Positions 10,720 to 22,513 of a stretch of 64,000 nucleotides of DNA are shown here, piece after piece. A program made the position numbers and the translations under genes. Position 1 is the first letter of the stretch. Every line of letters starts with the position of its first letter. Source of the stretch: Scyliorhinus canicula. Taxonomy: Eukaryota. Below the pieces are notes generated by a model. The model worked only from the letters and a program-made list of their open reading frames with translations, was not told the origin of the DNA and made no database searches. The stretch is taken from assembly GCF_902713615.1 (NCBI RefSeq), contig NW_024055751.1, positions 950,672 to 1,014,671 of the forward strand, given 5' to 3'.

Positions 10720-11366
10720 TGCCCATCACTACCTCCTTAGTGATAACAATCCTCTCAAGGTCATAGCCTTGTCATAGCCTCATTTCTATCAGTCGCTGGC
10801 ATGTTATTTCTGTCTTCCACTGTGAAGACCGGTTCAGTTCCTCAGCCATTTCTTCATTTCCCATTATTAAAACTCCCTTCTCATCCTCTAAAGGACCAAT
10901 ATTTACCTTAGCCACTCTTTTTTGTTTTATATATTTGTAAAAACTTTTACTGTCTGTTTTTATATTCTGAGCAAGTTTACTCTCATACTCTACCTTACTC
11001 TTCTTTATAGCTTTTTTAGTAGCTTTCTGTTGCCCCCTAAAGATTTCCCAGTCCTCTAATCTGCCAGCAATCTTTGCCACTTTATATGCTTTTTCCTTCA
11101 ATTTGATACTCTCCCTTATTTCCTTAGATATCCACGGTCGATTTTCCCTCTTTCTACCGTCCTTCCTTTTTGTTGGTATAAACCTTTGCTGAGCACTGTG
11201 AAAAATCGCTTGGAAGGTTCTCCACTGTTCCTCAACTGTTCCACCATAAGGTCTTAGCTCCCAGTCTACCTTAGCTAGTTCTTCTCTCATCCCCTTGTAC
11301 TCTCCTTTGTTTAAACACAAAACACTAGTATTTGATTTTACTTTCTCACCCTCCATCTGCATTTTA
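10720..11366 (-). mobile_element. CR1-type LINE ORF2 fragment
   Basis: ORF 10772-11464: LCLNKGEYKGMREELAKVDWE...PWISKEIRESIKLKEKAYK...KSFYKYIKQKR. Confidence 0.85.
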
Positions 11367-11898
11367 AAGGGGGGGGAGGGGGGGGTGGGGGGGGGAGGGG
11401 GTTGTTGGGTTGCAGGTATGGGGTGGATACGTGGGTTTGAGTAGTGGTGATCATTGCTCGGCACAACATCTAGGGCCGAAGGGCCTGTTCTGTGCTGTGC
11501 TGTTCTCTGTTCTAATTACATCTCCAGTTTTATTCCTTTTGTTATTACTGGGCCTATTCACTGAGCTCCCCTCAGTCACTGTCGCCCTTTTAGATTTTTG
11601 ACTATGTCCTCTCTGCCTTGCACTTTTCCCCTTACTTCCTTTTGCTTCTGTCCCTGTTTTACTACCTTCCAACTTCCTGCATTGGTTCCCATCCCCCTGC
11701 CACATTAGTTTAAACCCTCCCCAACAGCTCTAGAAAACTGGGACTTCGGTTCCAGTCCTGCCCAGGTGCAGACCGTCCGGTTTGTACTGGTCCCACCTCC
11801 CCCAGAACCGGTCCCAATGCCCCAGGAATTTGAATCCCTCCCTCTTGCATCATCTCTCGAGCCACGCATTCATCCTATCTATCCTGACATTCCTACTC

Positions 11899-11945
11899 AC
11901 CTTTCGCGTGTTAGACGAATGTGATAACCACTACACGACAGAAAC
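11899..11945 (-). pseudogene. 5' part of tRNA-Val(AAC), 3' end lost at a LINE fragment junction
   Basis: acctttcgcgtgttagacgaatgtgataaccactacacgacagaaac, followed by the usual A-unit flank. Confidence 0.8.
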
Positions 11946-12274
11946 TGCTGGGAGTGTTGCAATCAGTGGCCCTGAGCAATGTTGAACCTCAATGTGTTGC
12001 TGCAGCTGCTAATGGTTCCGCTGAAATGCCATGTAACTTATTGCAATAACCCGTTTCTTTAAAACTGATGTCTCAACTTATCAAAGGATCAGATATTGAA
12101 CTTTGCTGAACTGGAGATCAGTTATGTTTTGCTTGAAGTTAAATTGAGAGGGCAGGGCTTTCATAAATAACCAGAGCTGAAACGAGAATTGATGATGCCC
12201 TGCTCACTTTGCTCTGCATCGGGAACCAGCTGTCCAACCCACTGAACTAAAGGGGACTCCAACACTAGGAACTG

Positions 12275-12347
12275 CGAACCAGCCAGGAGTCGAACCTGGA
12301 ATCTCCTAATTCGTAGTCAGATGCATTATCCATTGCGCCACTGGCCC
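12275..12347 (-). tRNA. tRNA-Arg(ACG), degenerate copy
   Basis: Homologue of 1722-1794 with several substitutions. Confidence 0.8.
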
Positions 12348-12441
12348 ACAGAAGTTCCAAACTCGTGCTATTCCTCGATGATGAAGATCAGTTACGAGAT
12401 TGAGGTAATATTCAGCAACAGACAAAACTGAAAGCACCAGA

Positions 12442-12514
12442 TGTTTCTGCCCGGTTCCGAACCAGGGACCATTCGAGTATAAAGCGAATGTGGTAACCAC
12501 TACACCACAGAAAC
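12442..12514 (-). pseudogene. Degenerate Val-body tRNA with TAT anticodon
   Basis: Anticodon arm TTCGC-TT-TAT-AC-TCGAA and B box GGTTCGGAAC. Positional homologue of 1889-1961. Confidence 0.75.
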
Positions 12515-13083
12515 AGCTTTGCATGGTTCAGCTTTGCTGAGAGGCCATGTCACTTCTTAAAAGAACACGTCTGTTTCTTTAAAACAGATGTTTAAACTTA
12601 CAAGCCAGAAGAAGAACTTATATTGAACTGAAGAATTTGTTCAGCAAATCTCTAACGGCGAAATGCTCTCTTCTATTATTAATGCAGCATTCTTAAATCC
12701 TACAGAACAAAGCAACCGACTTTACACAATATTTGTTTCGTTATTCAATGCTTGAGTTGAGTTTCGGAATTGACAATTATGTGTTTCTTATATTTGACCT
12801 CTTTGTGTTTTGGTGTGTAACATGCTGCAGCCTAAATACCGTTCATGTAGAAGAAAGGAGGGGTAATTGTAAATCAACTTTGAGCCTGGATTCCCACACT
12901 GGCTTTTCCTGTTTATCCATCAGGAAGACCGTTTTTTCTATCTCAAAGTTGGTTCAGTTAAGTCTCTGGCATTTCCTCTAAGCCAGTTACAGTATCGTTT
13001 GTGTATGTCCTTTTGAGTACCTCCCAACACACACACATGGAAAACCGAGGAGATGGACCATCCGAGCCTCCCTCGAAAACTCA

Positions 13084-14274
13084 ATGGGGGAACAGGACTT
13101 CTACACCACCCCCAGCCATGATGCTGTGCAAGTAATCCACGAAGAGTGTGACAACGTTATTGCAAGCCTTCAAAACCTGCTGGAAGGAGAATTTTCAAGG
13201 GAAACTAAATCTGATGCAGGATCGCTACTGAACTCTATTCAACAGTTCCCGTTTATAGCTTTATTAAATTTTTGGTACTCAGTTTTATCATCAGTGGATA
13301 AAGTCTCAAAACGTTTGCAGGGTCCGAAAATGGGGTTCCATGAAGCTTCTTGTGATCTGAGAGGACTTATTCATATCTTGAATTTGAAGAATGACGAAAT
13401 TATCCACAATGCAATAGATTTAGCCAATGGATATTGTCAAAATTGGGGAATACCAATTGCACGAACAAGGAGAAGAAGAATAATGCCTGGAGAGTCAGCA
13501 AGAGATAGTGGACTGACGGCACAAGAAGAAATGAATAGAGTAATGGTAGAGATTGTGAACAGATTAAAAACTGAAATTGAAGACCGCAGTGTCCGTCTTC
13601 AAAGACTCAGTGACCGATTTTCTTTTCTTCTGAACTTGAATTCAGGAGTGATTGAAGATGAACAAGAAAGAGAGAAATTAAAAAAGGAATGTTCAGACTT
13701 TGCAAATTATTATGACAATGATGTGGTTGCAATTCAGTTATATGACAAAATTATTGATTTTGTGATGCTCTTTCGAGCTGGAGGGAATAGAGTTCCCCCT
13801 GATCCTAAAGATGCTCTGGAGTCTTTACTGCAGTATGGGAGGGATGTATTTCCGACGCTGTGTGTTTCATACAGATTACTGCTTACAATCGCATTTTCAG
13901 TCGCAAGCTGTGAAAGGTCATTTTCAAAACTGAAATTAATAAAAACATATCTGAGGTCTTCTATGTCACAGGAGCGACTGACCAACCTGGCTTTAATAAG
14001 CATTGAAAAATAATTTCTCACAGCTGATGTAAAAAGTGAAGTAGTTCAGGTGTTTTGTGACAGGAGGTATCATTTGGGGAAAAGAACTTAATAAATTTGA
14101 TTGATTTATATTAAAATCGAATAAAGCGTTTATTTCATGTTTCATCTGTGTTTATATATTCAAAATGTTTTCCTTTCTCATAATATTTCTCAGTATATTA
14201 GGCCTTATACTTGAGTCTTTGGGGCATACAATCAAGATTTGCCCCGGGCATCACCAGACCTCTGCACGCCACTG
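13084..14274 (+). mobile_element. hAT DNA transposon, 5'-truncated: transposase C-terminus and right TIR
   Basis: ORF ends FPTLCVSYRLLLTIAFSVASCERSFSKLKLIKTYLRSSMSQERLTNLALISIE (hAT dimerization domain). Element ends GCACGCCACTG at 14274. Confidence 0.85.
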
Positions 14275-14539
14275 ATTTTGTACATGTTGGGGCCTTTATA
14301 TTGGCAATTTAACTTCACCGAACCCCCTTCTGGGACAGTTATTGTCACTGCTGACTGGGCTACTGGATTGAACATTGCCGGCCTGCGAAAGTGAAGGAAT
14401 GAAATGAACAGATTGTTGTTCCTTTATAAAGTTAGAGGCTTTTCAATAAAGAGGTGCTTTTTTTGCGTGGCTAGTCCACTTAGCCTGTACATCTAGGTTG
14501 TTGGAGTGAGAATGTTCAAACACCACACGGGCAATGATC

Positions 14540-14612
14540 TGGGACCGGGATCGAACCCGTGTCCTCAGTGCAATGAGGCAGCAGTGCCAACCATTGCGCC
14601 ACCGTGCCGCCC
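14540..14612 (-). mobile_element. SINE head (tRNA-like), not a tRNA gene
   Basis: GGGCGGCACGGTGGCGCAATGGTTGGCACTGCTGCCTCA...GGTTCGATCCCGG matches the HE1-type SINE heads elsewhere in the window. Confidence 0.75.
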
Positions 14613-14689
14613 TGAGTTTAAACAGAGTTGATATAAATCTACTTGTATCTGCGGCATTTTTGGGACATCTGATGCAGGCACTTCATAGA

Positions 14690-14950
14690 CATTCCCGATC
14701 GTTAATTACACATAGCCTATGTGTATTAATATGCTAATCTGGTTTAATTAACACTATAACTACTTACTGTGCCAAAGCGCCGCCAGTATTATCACAACCA
14801 TGTCTGACTGAATCTCTCTCAGTGAACTGGACTGGACTGAGTCAGGGATTGTGTGGGAGAGAGGGAACTTAGTGCAGTGCAGGGAGAGGGTCTATTGGGA
14901 CATCACTCGCCTCCCATCCTATCGGCTTGGCCGACACCATCAGGTGAGTT
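14690..14950 (-). pseudogene. Orphan TCR V leader exon with promoter and intron remnant (V exon missing)
   Basis: CAGTCAGACATGGTTGTGATAATACTGGCGGCGCTTTGGCACA|GTAAGT is homologous to the leader at 37406-37361 (CAGTCAGACATGTTTCTGTTAATACTGGCGACG...|GTAAGT). Flanks are also similar. Confidence 0.75.
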
Positions 14951-15447
14951 TCTGACGCCCGTGCTTGAATTTGGCGCCCTCTGCTGCCGGATTCGGTTTA
15001 CTCCGTGTTAGAATTCGGCTGTTCAGTGGATTCAGTGTTGACTGCAATGCATATCAGGGCGGGAAACCAAGACAGAAATCTAAATTCCAACTTTGTACAC
15101 TATCTTTGTCGCTATAGGTGTTTCTAATCAAAAAATGATGCTTAATCATCCCTGGAGTTCTCGGTTCACACCATGCATGCGACGAAGTCGAAAGAATGCC
15201 AAGACTTTGGTGGACATGCGGAGGTTAGAACTCAGAATAATAGCAGGGCTCAACAGACTAGTTTTGTTTATTTTGGTTCTGACGAAAAAGGGGAACGTTG
15301 CTTTTTTCAGAGACCAGATTGCCTGGAATTGTTTTCATTAGCTGAAGGTTAAATGTCCTACAAAGAAGATTGGTGAATGATATTTCATGCAGCAAGCGTT
15401 TGTGAGACAATGAAACATTATAGATTACTTTGAATAGATCAGCACCG

Positions 15448-15519
15448 AGGCACGGGCGGGATTCGAACCCGCGATTTTTGGTTTACGAAACCAACGCCTT
15501 TCCTCTTGGCCACCGCACC
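15448..15519 (-). tRNA. tRNA-Thr(CGT)
   Basis: GGTGCGGTGGCCAAGAGGAAAGGCGTTGGTTTCGTAAACCAAAAATCGCGGGTTCGAATCCCGCCCGTGCCT. All stems pair. Confidence 0.92.
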
Positions 15520-16127
15520 TTATGCAAGAAAATGATGTTGATTGCACTGTGAATTGATATCATTAGGAGTCTGGCGCAACAATTGATGAGAGAAGAAGAA
15601 TCAATAGAACATTTCAAAAAGTATTGTCAGAACTTGAGAACGGAAAACCCCGCGGGATTTAAATGCAGGGTGAAAAGGGCAATAGAAAAAGTTATTTCAA
15701 ATAGGCGCAGGTAGCGTCAGTTCAATCTGCCCCCACCCCTCCGACACTATATTGTTCTCAGTGAGTTGAGCAGGTGCAGGACGGTCACGGGATGCTGGAT
15801 GCTCAGCTGTCGCTATTTCCGCCCCATCACTTGTGACTGCAGCTGATAACCGCTGCACAATTTTCAGCTTTGAGTCTGCGGTGCCCCGTCACAGCTTCCA
15901 TTTGATGGCCTCGCTCCAACACCATTGGGATATTCTAGACATTGCTGCCGCTGCTCGATTCCTGTCATTGGTTGGATCAGCAATGCAGTGGGACCTGAAT
16001 CTGGATTGCTGCTCTGACAGATAATTGCCTGCGCTAAAGAGCGATTGATTCAGGAATGATCGCGGGGAACTGCTTCGTCACCCTCTTCGTTATGATCTCG
16101 CTACTCAGTATTTCCTTCCCTGCCGAT

Positions 16128-16440
16128 CTGACTTCGGAAACTGTGATGGTGGGTATGGGTGAATTAAGGGCTGCTGGGGCACTCGACAGCGGATTGTTGG
16201 TTACCTGCTCAAACCGAGCATAGAATGCATTAAGTTCATCGGGAAGGGATGCGCTGCTGCCAGTGATACAGTAAGAAGTCTTACAACACCAGGTTAAAGT
16301 CCAATAGGTTTGTTTCAAACACGAGCTTTCGGAGCGCAGCTCCTTCTTCAGGTGAATCACAAAACAGAATCATTTAACCTGGTGTTTTAAGACTTCTTAC
16401 TGTGCTCACCCCATTCCAACGCCGGCATCTCCACACCATG
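16128..16440 (-). mobile_element. Composite RT fragment plus short fold-back Penelope terminus with hammerhead (HHR at 16320-16354)
   Basis: TAAGAAGTCTTACAACACCAGGTTAAA ... TTTAACCTGGTGTTTTAAGACTTCTTA inverted ends, with the same PLE tail as 29486-29526. Confidence 0.75.
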
Positions 16441-17063
16441 GCCAGAGATACTGCTCGATCCGGCCCGGTTATGTAGATCTTTGGGCTTTTTTTCTGAGGG
16501 ATTCTTCTCCAGAGTCCGCTGAGATAGGCCCATTGAAGATTTTAAGACAGATGTGGTTGGATTCTCAACTGAAAATGTAATCAAAGGTTATCCGGGGTAG
16601 GTGAAATGTGAATCTGAGGTCATGTTCGCATCTGTCACGAACTTATTGAATGTTGAAGAAGGCTCAAGCGGATGAATAGCCAACTCCTGCTCAACATTCG
16701 TCTGTTGGCAGGTCCGTGAGGAGGCGTCACAATCCCCTGAGTTATCGGGGGAGACACAGCATCGTTGAGGTATTCCCCAGCTCGGCGCTGTGAAGGATAT
16801 TGCAGCGATAGAGGCAACTCCATGCCGCAGCCGGTGCACGGTACGTGTTATCAGAACAGGAAAATCGCTTATTGTCACCAGTCGGCTTCAAATGAAATTA
16901 CTCTGAAAATCCCCTAGTCGTCACATTCCGGCGCCTGTTCGGGGAGGCTGTTACGGGAATCGAACCGTACTGCTGGCCTGCTTGGTCTGCTTTTAAAGCC
17001 AGCGATTTAGCCCTGTCCTAAACAGCCCCTAAAAACATATCATCCAGGAGTGGAACAACAATT

Positions 17064-17080
17064 CGTCTCTGGGTGGGATC

Positions 17081-17137
<57 letters not shown>
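17064..17137 (-). tRNA. tRNA-Asn(GTT)
   Basis: GTCTCCGTGGCGCAATCGGTTAGCGCGTTCGGCTGTTAACCGAAAGGTTGGTGGTTCGATCCCACCCAGAGACG. One C6-A67 mismatch. Confidence 0.92.
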
Positions 17138-17429
17138 GACAAGAGGATCACAATTCTGTTCATTTCAACAGTGACGGCCAATCCTCTGATTGCCAGGGAC
17201 CGAATGAGAATGCTGGCAATATTGGTCCCCTGAGGCAGTGCGGGAAATATCGGGAAGGACTGTACACATGGTCCCGCGGGCATGGACATTTGTGAGACGT
17301 GGAATCATCACAGGCCCGTGGATTTTACAGAACTCACTTGGACAGCACCACACTTTCGTTGAAACACGCCCCTTATCCGGGAACCTCCAAAACAGAAAGC
17401 AGGAAGTGTCAACATAGATTTGATGTATT

Positions 17430-18320
17430 TTCGATCAGAAAGTCGATGTTCCTCAGGGATCCGTGTTGGGCCCACAATTGTTCACAATTTACAGAGATGA
17501 TTTGGAGTTGGGGACCAAGGGCAATGTGTCCAAGTTTGCAGATGACACTAAGATGAGTGGTAAAGCGAAAAGTGCAGAGGATACTGGAAGTCTGCAGAAG
17601 GATTTGGATAGGTTAAGTGAATGGGCTCGTGTCTGGCAGATGGAATACAATGTTGACAAATGTGAGGTTATCCATTTTGGTAGGAATAACAGCAAACGGG
17701 ATTATTATTTAATCAATAAAATATTAAAGCATGCCGCTGTTCAGAGAGACTTGGGTGTGCTAGTGCATGAGTCACAGAAGGTTGGTTTACAAGTGCAACA
17801 GGTGATTAAGAAGGCAAATGGAATTTTGTCCTTCATTGCTAGAGGGATGGAGTTTAATACTAGGGAGGTTATGTTGCAATTGTATAAGGTGTTAGTGCGG
17901 CCACACCTGGAGTATTGTGTTCGATTTTGGTCTCCTTACTTGAGAAAGGACGTACTGGCACTGGAGGGTGTGCAGAGGAGATTCACTAGGTTAATCCCAG
18001 AGCTGAAGGGGTTGGATTATGAGGAGAGGTTGAGTAGACTGGGACTGTACTCGTTGGAATTTAGAAGGATGAGGGGGGATCTTATAGAAACATTTAAAAT
18101 TATGAAGGGAATAGATAGGATAGATGCGGGCAGGTTGTTTCCACTGGTGGGTGACAGCAGAACTAGGGGACATAGCCTCAAAATAAGGGGAAGTAGATTT
18201 AGGACTGAATTTAGGAGGAACTTCTTCTCCCAAAGGGTCGTGAATCTATGGAATTCCTTGCCCAGTGTAGCAGTTGAGGCACCTTCATTACATGTTTTTA
18301 AGGTAAAGATAGATAGTTTT
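17430..18320 (+). mobile_element. CR1 LINE 3' fragment (RT C-terminus)
   Basis: ORF 17463-18362: LGPQLFTIY...SKFADDTK...RPHLEYCVRFWSPY...LYSLEFRRMRGDLIE. Confidence 0.92.
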
Positions 18321-18623
18321 TTCTTTCATTTTTTCCCATCAACTGATCATTCCTTCCATTGATATGTTTTACCCTCAGCATTGCCCCCCTCCCCATACCA
18401 TACTACTTGATCAATCAGATCCCTGTTTGTACTTGTTCTCTGACGCACTGCTTACCTTTGTTCTGCCATTAACACATTCTGACCGCTTGATGCGCCATCA
18501 GCACCTTTCATAGCCTTGATTAGCCTCATTTACATTCCCTTTTTCTTTCTGTCCGAGACATTTTCGTCATTTCCCACCTATTGCTCGCCCTCTATCGAGA
18601 CCCAATACAGCACGCCACCACCC

Positions 18624-19581
18624 TGTTGCACGTTTTGGTATGTGGGCAAAACGCGTTTATTGGGGTGTATTAACTTCCAAGTGCTTAACACCACTAGGCT
18701 CTGTTCTATGTATTTATTCAGCTTAGGAGTCGCCAGGTGCCGTATAGACACCGTCACGAGTATTCCAAGGTCAAGTTCAAAGTAATAAAGACGATACACC
18801 GATTAGTAAGGTCCAAACGATAATATTTATTATACAGTTATAATAAATACTCATGCACACACTAAGAGACTAAGCTATGACTAAACTAAAGTAATCAGAA
18901 TACTTATCTTACAGGAACAGGCAAGGTCAGGGAGCGAGGCCTTCGTCCTGGTCTTGGGCTGCAACCTTCAGCAAGCGTTCTGGTCACTGGGGGTTCTAGC
19001 GGGCTTAGTTCGCGTAGCGAGCGTCGTACTGGCACTTACGGTTCGGCGGCTGGTGCTCGACGGCTGGAGTCAGAGTGTATCTTCAAGTTCTTGGTCAGGG
19101 CCGGAGCACGGAATAACAGACCGGACAACACGAGGTCCCTGTCTTTTATAGGGATCCCATTGTCCTTCCCTCTTCTTGGGCGGGCTTTAACCTTTGGATA
19201 TCTATTGGGTCAATTCCTCATCGATACTGTTTTAATTCCCCAATGCGAGGGGGTCTCCGTGATGGGGGGGGCGTTTCTTATGCCCTTTTGTTTGGAGGTT
19301 TCTGGTGCCTCGATGTCTGGGCCTTGATTCAAATGTGTCCATTCAGAATCAAATGTTTCTATTGTGTGGGTGTTCAGGTCTGATTGCCTCATTAGCATGC
19401 AAAGCGTTTTGCCATTTGCACCTAGCTAAGGTCTTCTCACCTGAGCCCAAACTGGTTTCTGCTACTTGCAGAATGCAAAATGCTCTCTTTGCAGACTGCT
19501 GTTCTGGCTAAACTGCCTGTTTCCCTGCAGTCTTAGCGCTTGGCTTATTTTGTAGCTCAGCGTCCATTTTAGGTGGCTACA
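18624..19581 (-). mobile_element. Solo LTR (958 bp)
   Basis: TGTTGC...GCTACA termini, 4-bp TSD ACCC (18620-18623 and 19582-19585), and minus-strand AATAAA. Other B units are empty at this site. Confidence 0.8.
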
Positions 19582-20045
19582 ACCCCCACCTCCCAACGTC
19601 TGAATCTCCAATTCCAGTTCTCCAGCTTTGACAAAGTGTCCACTTGACTGGAAACGACAGCTGCCATTTCGCTCCCCAGAGGCTGTCAGACCTGCTGAGA
19701 TTATCCAGTATTTTCTGTTTTTGTTTCCGTTTGAAGCATCCGCAGTAAGTTGCATTTGTCATACATTTAGACAAGTTTGATATGGTGATTAAATATGTTC
19801 ATTTGTAAATCGCTGAAATTCTGTTGTGGATGAACTAGCTGCTAATATCCGAGCTGTGCCAAGAAATGAAAATTCTTCACCTCTCATTGCCTGCCCGGAA
19901 TTCAGTGCTTGGTCCTTCATGTTCAATTCACTTTAGTGGCTCATAGTCCTGGAACACACGAGATTCCGGCAACGTTCAGGAAATAGATTTATTGTGTGCC
20001 CAATAATTGTGCAAACGTTTCTCACAGGAAATCCTATATGCTCGG

Positions 20046-20086
20046 TGTTTCTGCCCGGTTTTGAACCGGGGACCTTTCGCGTGTGA
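20046..20086 (-). pseudogene. 3' half of tRNA-Val(CAC), 5' half deleted
   Basis: tgtttctgcccggttttgaaccggggacctttcgcgtgtga joins directly to the upstream flank acctcactgtg. Confidence 0.8.
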
Positions 20087-20481
20087 ACCTCACTGTGTTG
20101 CTGCAGATTCTGATGGTCTGTTTGAGAGGCCAGGTGCCTTGTTGCAAGCAACAGCTGTTTCTTAAATTAACAGATGTCTCAACATATAAAGCCGTGAGAT
20201 GTAGAAATTATATTGAAATTAACATAAGTTATATTTTGCTGAATGTCGGTCTTAAATTTGTGCTCTTTGGTCTCGAGGTCTGGTTCTCGTTTAGGGATTT
20301 TCAATCAACGCCTATGGGAGTGGTCGTGGGTTTAAATCCAGGACAGGCTCTTTACTCCAGGTCAGAGATTACGAATTGTTTGCGATGCTGACGGCGGGGT
20401 TGATTTACATTGGCCCACTCTGAAAAAGATTTCTCAGGACTCGGAATGTTTACGTCGTTTCTCTCCCCACAGATGATGCTC

Positions 20482-20512
<31 letters not shown>

Positions 20513-21300
20513 TCTGAGCTGGAGTGCGTTTGGATAAAATTGATGCTCCAGATCTGTGTTAACCACAGGGACGTGACCCATCTAATCCACAGAGCCAAAG
20601 TGGAGAATTGAACTGACTGGGGAGCTGGATCTTAACGCTGACCTTCCGGACCTCGGCGTCGTGAAATGTTCCAAAGAAGCTCAACAGCCACTCGAGGAAC
20701 AGCAGCGCATCTTTCCACTGTGCTCAATACAGCTTTCACACTCAGTGTGTGTTCAGTAGTTTCACACTGTAAATGCTGCACCCATTTTGTGTGTCCTTCC
20801 ATCGCAGATTTGGGATTCAATCTTGTTTCCACTTGTTCTTTGTGTCCAGGCGGCAGTTGTTGATCAATATGCCATCGATAGCTCCTCCAGACATATCTTT
20901 TGTTTCTTTGTTTCCTCCATTGCGCTAACAGAGAGCTGGCACAGACACGGCGGCCGGAATGGCCTCATACTGTGGTGTCATTATTCTCTGATTCGATGCT
21001 AACCTAACTCTGTGGCCAGGGTCCCAAGGCCTCTTCTCATTTAATCTCTCCTGACTTGCCCCCCATTAGAGCCCTTTCCTGTTGTTCTGTTTCCTCCCTC
21101 CGGTAATTCACTTGGTTAAGACGTACAACATTTCTAACCTGTCCCGGTTTTAATGAAAGGTGATGGTGAAAGACGAACTTTGTTGTCCTGTCGACAAATG
21201 CCGTCTGACTACCTGAGATGGTGCAGTACTTTTGGCGTTCTCCGCAGATGTTAGATTGATTTTCGATGGCAATGGCAGTATGGTTTGACTCTTTTTGCGG

Positions 21301-21390
21301 GGCTCGTTGGTCTCGGGGTATGATTCTCGCTTTGGGTGTGTCGCTGTCGGAATTTGCGAGAGGTCCCGGGTTCAAATCCCGGACGAGCCC
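21301..21390 (+). tRNA. tRNA-Pro(TGG) with 18-nt intron (A14C variant)
   Basis: CTCGC-TT-TGG-G-[TGTGTCGCTGTCGGAATT]-T-GCGAG. The rest matches vertebrate tRNA-Pro. Confidence 0.88.
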
Positions 21391-22440
21391 TTCGATGAGG
21401 TTTTCCCGTTGGTCAAACCGCATGTTTTCTTCATTTCTTTGCAGCGTCGACGGCGGGATTCATTCACATTCGGTTTGCTTTGAGAAGCTGAGCTCAAGCT
21501 GCGTGGAACCAATACGTTCCCGAGAAGTTTGTCTATGGGTGGGCGTTCACATTTCTATTGACTAATTCTGGTGGACTCAGACAGCTCTTTGTCCCTTTCA
21601 TTTTATCAGTTCAACAACTTCAGACTGTGAACTCTCACTTCCCCCTTCACCACATGTTTTTTCCATCAACTTATCATCCCTTCCATTGATATGTTTTACC
21701 CTCAGCATCGCCCACCTCCCACCAGCCCATACCATCCTACTTCAGCAATCTGATCCCTGTTTGTAATTGTTCTCTGACACACTGCTTACCTTTGTTCTGC
21801 CATTAACACATTCTGACCGCTTGATGCGCCATCAGCACCTTTCATAGCCTTGATTAGGCTCATTTACATTCCCTTTTCCTTTCTGCGCGAGACATTTTCG
21901 TCATTTCCCACCTATTGCTAGCCCTCTATCGAGACCCAATACAGCACTCCACCACCCCCACCCTCACCCACAATCGTCTGAATCTCCAGTTCCAGTTCTC
22001 CAGCTTTGACAATGAGTCCACTTGACTGGAAACGACAGCTGCCATTTCGCTCCCCAGAGGCTGTCAGACCTGCTGAGATTATCCAGTATTTTCTGTTTTT
22101 GTTTCCGTTTGAAGCATCCGCAGTAAGTTGCATTTGTCACACATTTAGACATGTTTGAGATGGTGATTAAATATGTTCATTTGTAAATCGCTGAAACTCT
22201 GTTGTGGATGAACTAGCTGCTAATATCCGAGGTGTGCCAAGATATGAAAATTCTTCACCTCTCATTGCCTGCCGAAAATTCAGTGCTTTGGCCTTAATGT
22301 TCAATTCAGTGTAGTGGCTCGTGTGAGACGAAATTTCATAGCCCTGGAACACACGAGATTCCGGCAACATTCAGGAAATAGAATTATTTTGTGCCCAATA
22401 ATTGTGCAAACTTTTCTCACACGAAATGCTAAATGTTCGA

Positions 22441-22513
22441 TGTTTCTGCCCGGTTTCGAACCGGAGACCTTTCGCGTGTGAGGCGAATGTGATAACCACT
22501 ACACTACAGAAAT
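22441..22513 (-). tRNA. tRNA-Val(CAC), G1A variant
   Basis: Val body with CAC anticodon and an A1-C72 mismatch. Confidence 0.88.

Noticed and set aside
11367-11402. Long G-run at a CR1/SINE junction (also 52224-52248)
   Set aside because: Falls in the G-rich variable part of the SINE and is error-prone in assembly. No independent evidence of function.
13084-14013. 309-aa ORF considered as a host ZMYM/ZBED-like gene
   Set aside because: It is 5'-truncated and followed by a TIR, and has no exon structure, so it is a transposon fragment.
14540-14612. tRNA-like sequence here and in other SINE heads (6705, 10364, 52204, 56735)
   Set aside because: No proper cloverleaf or anticodon arm, and they continue into SINE bodies.
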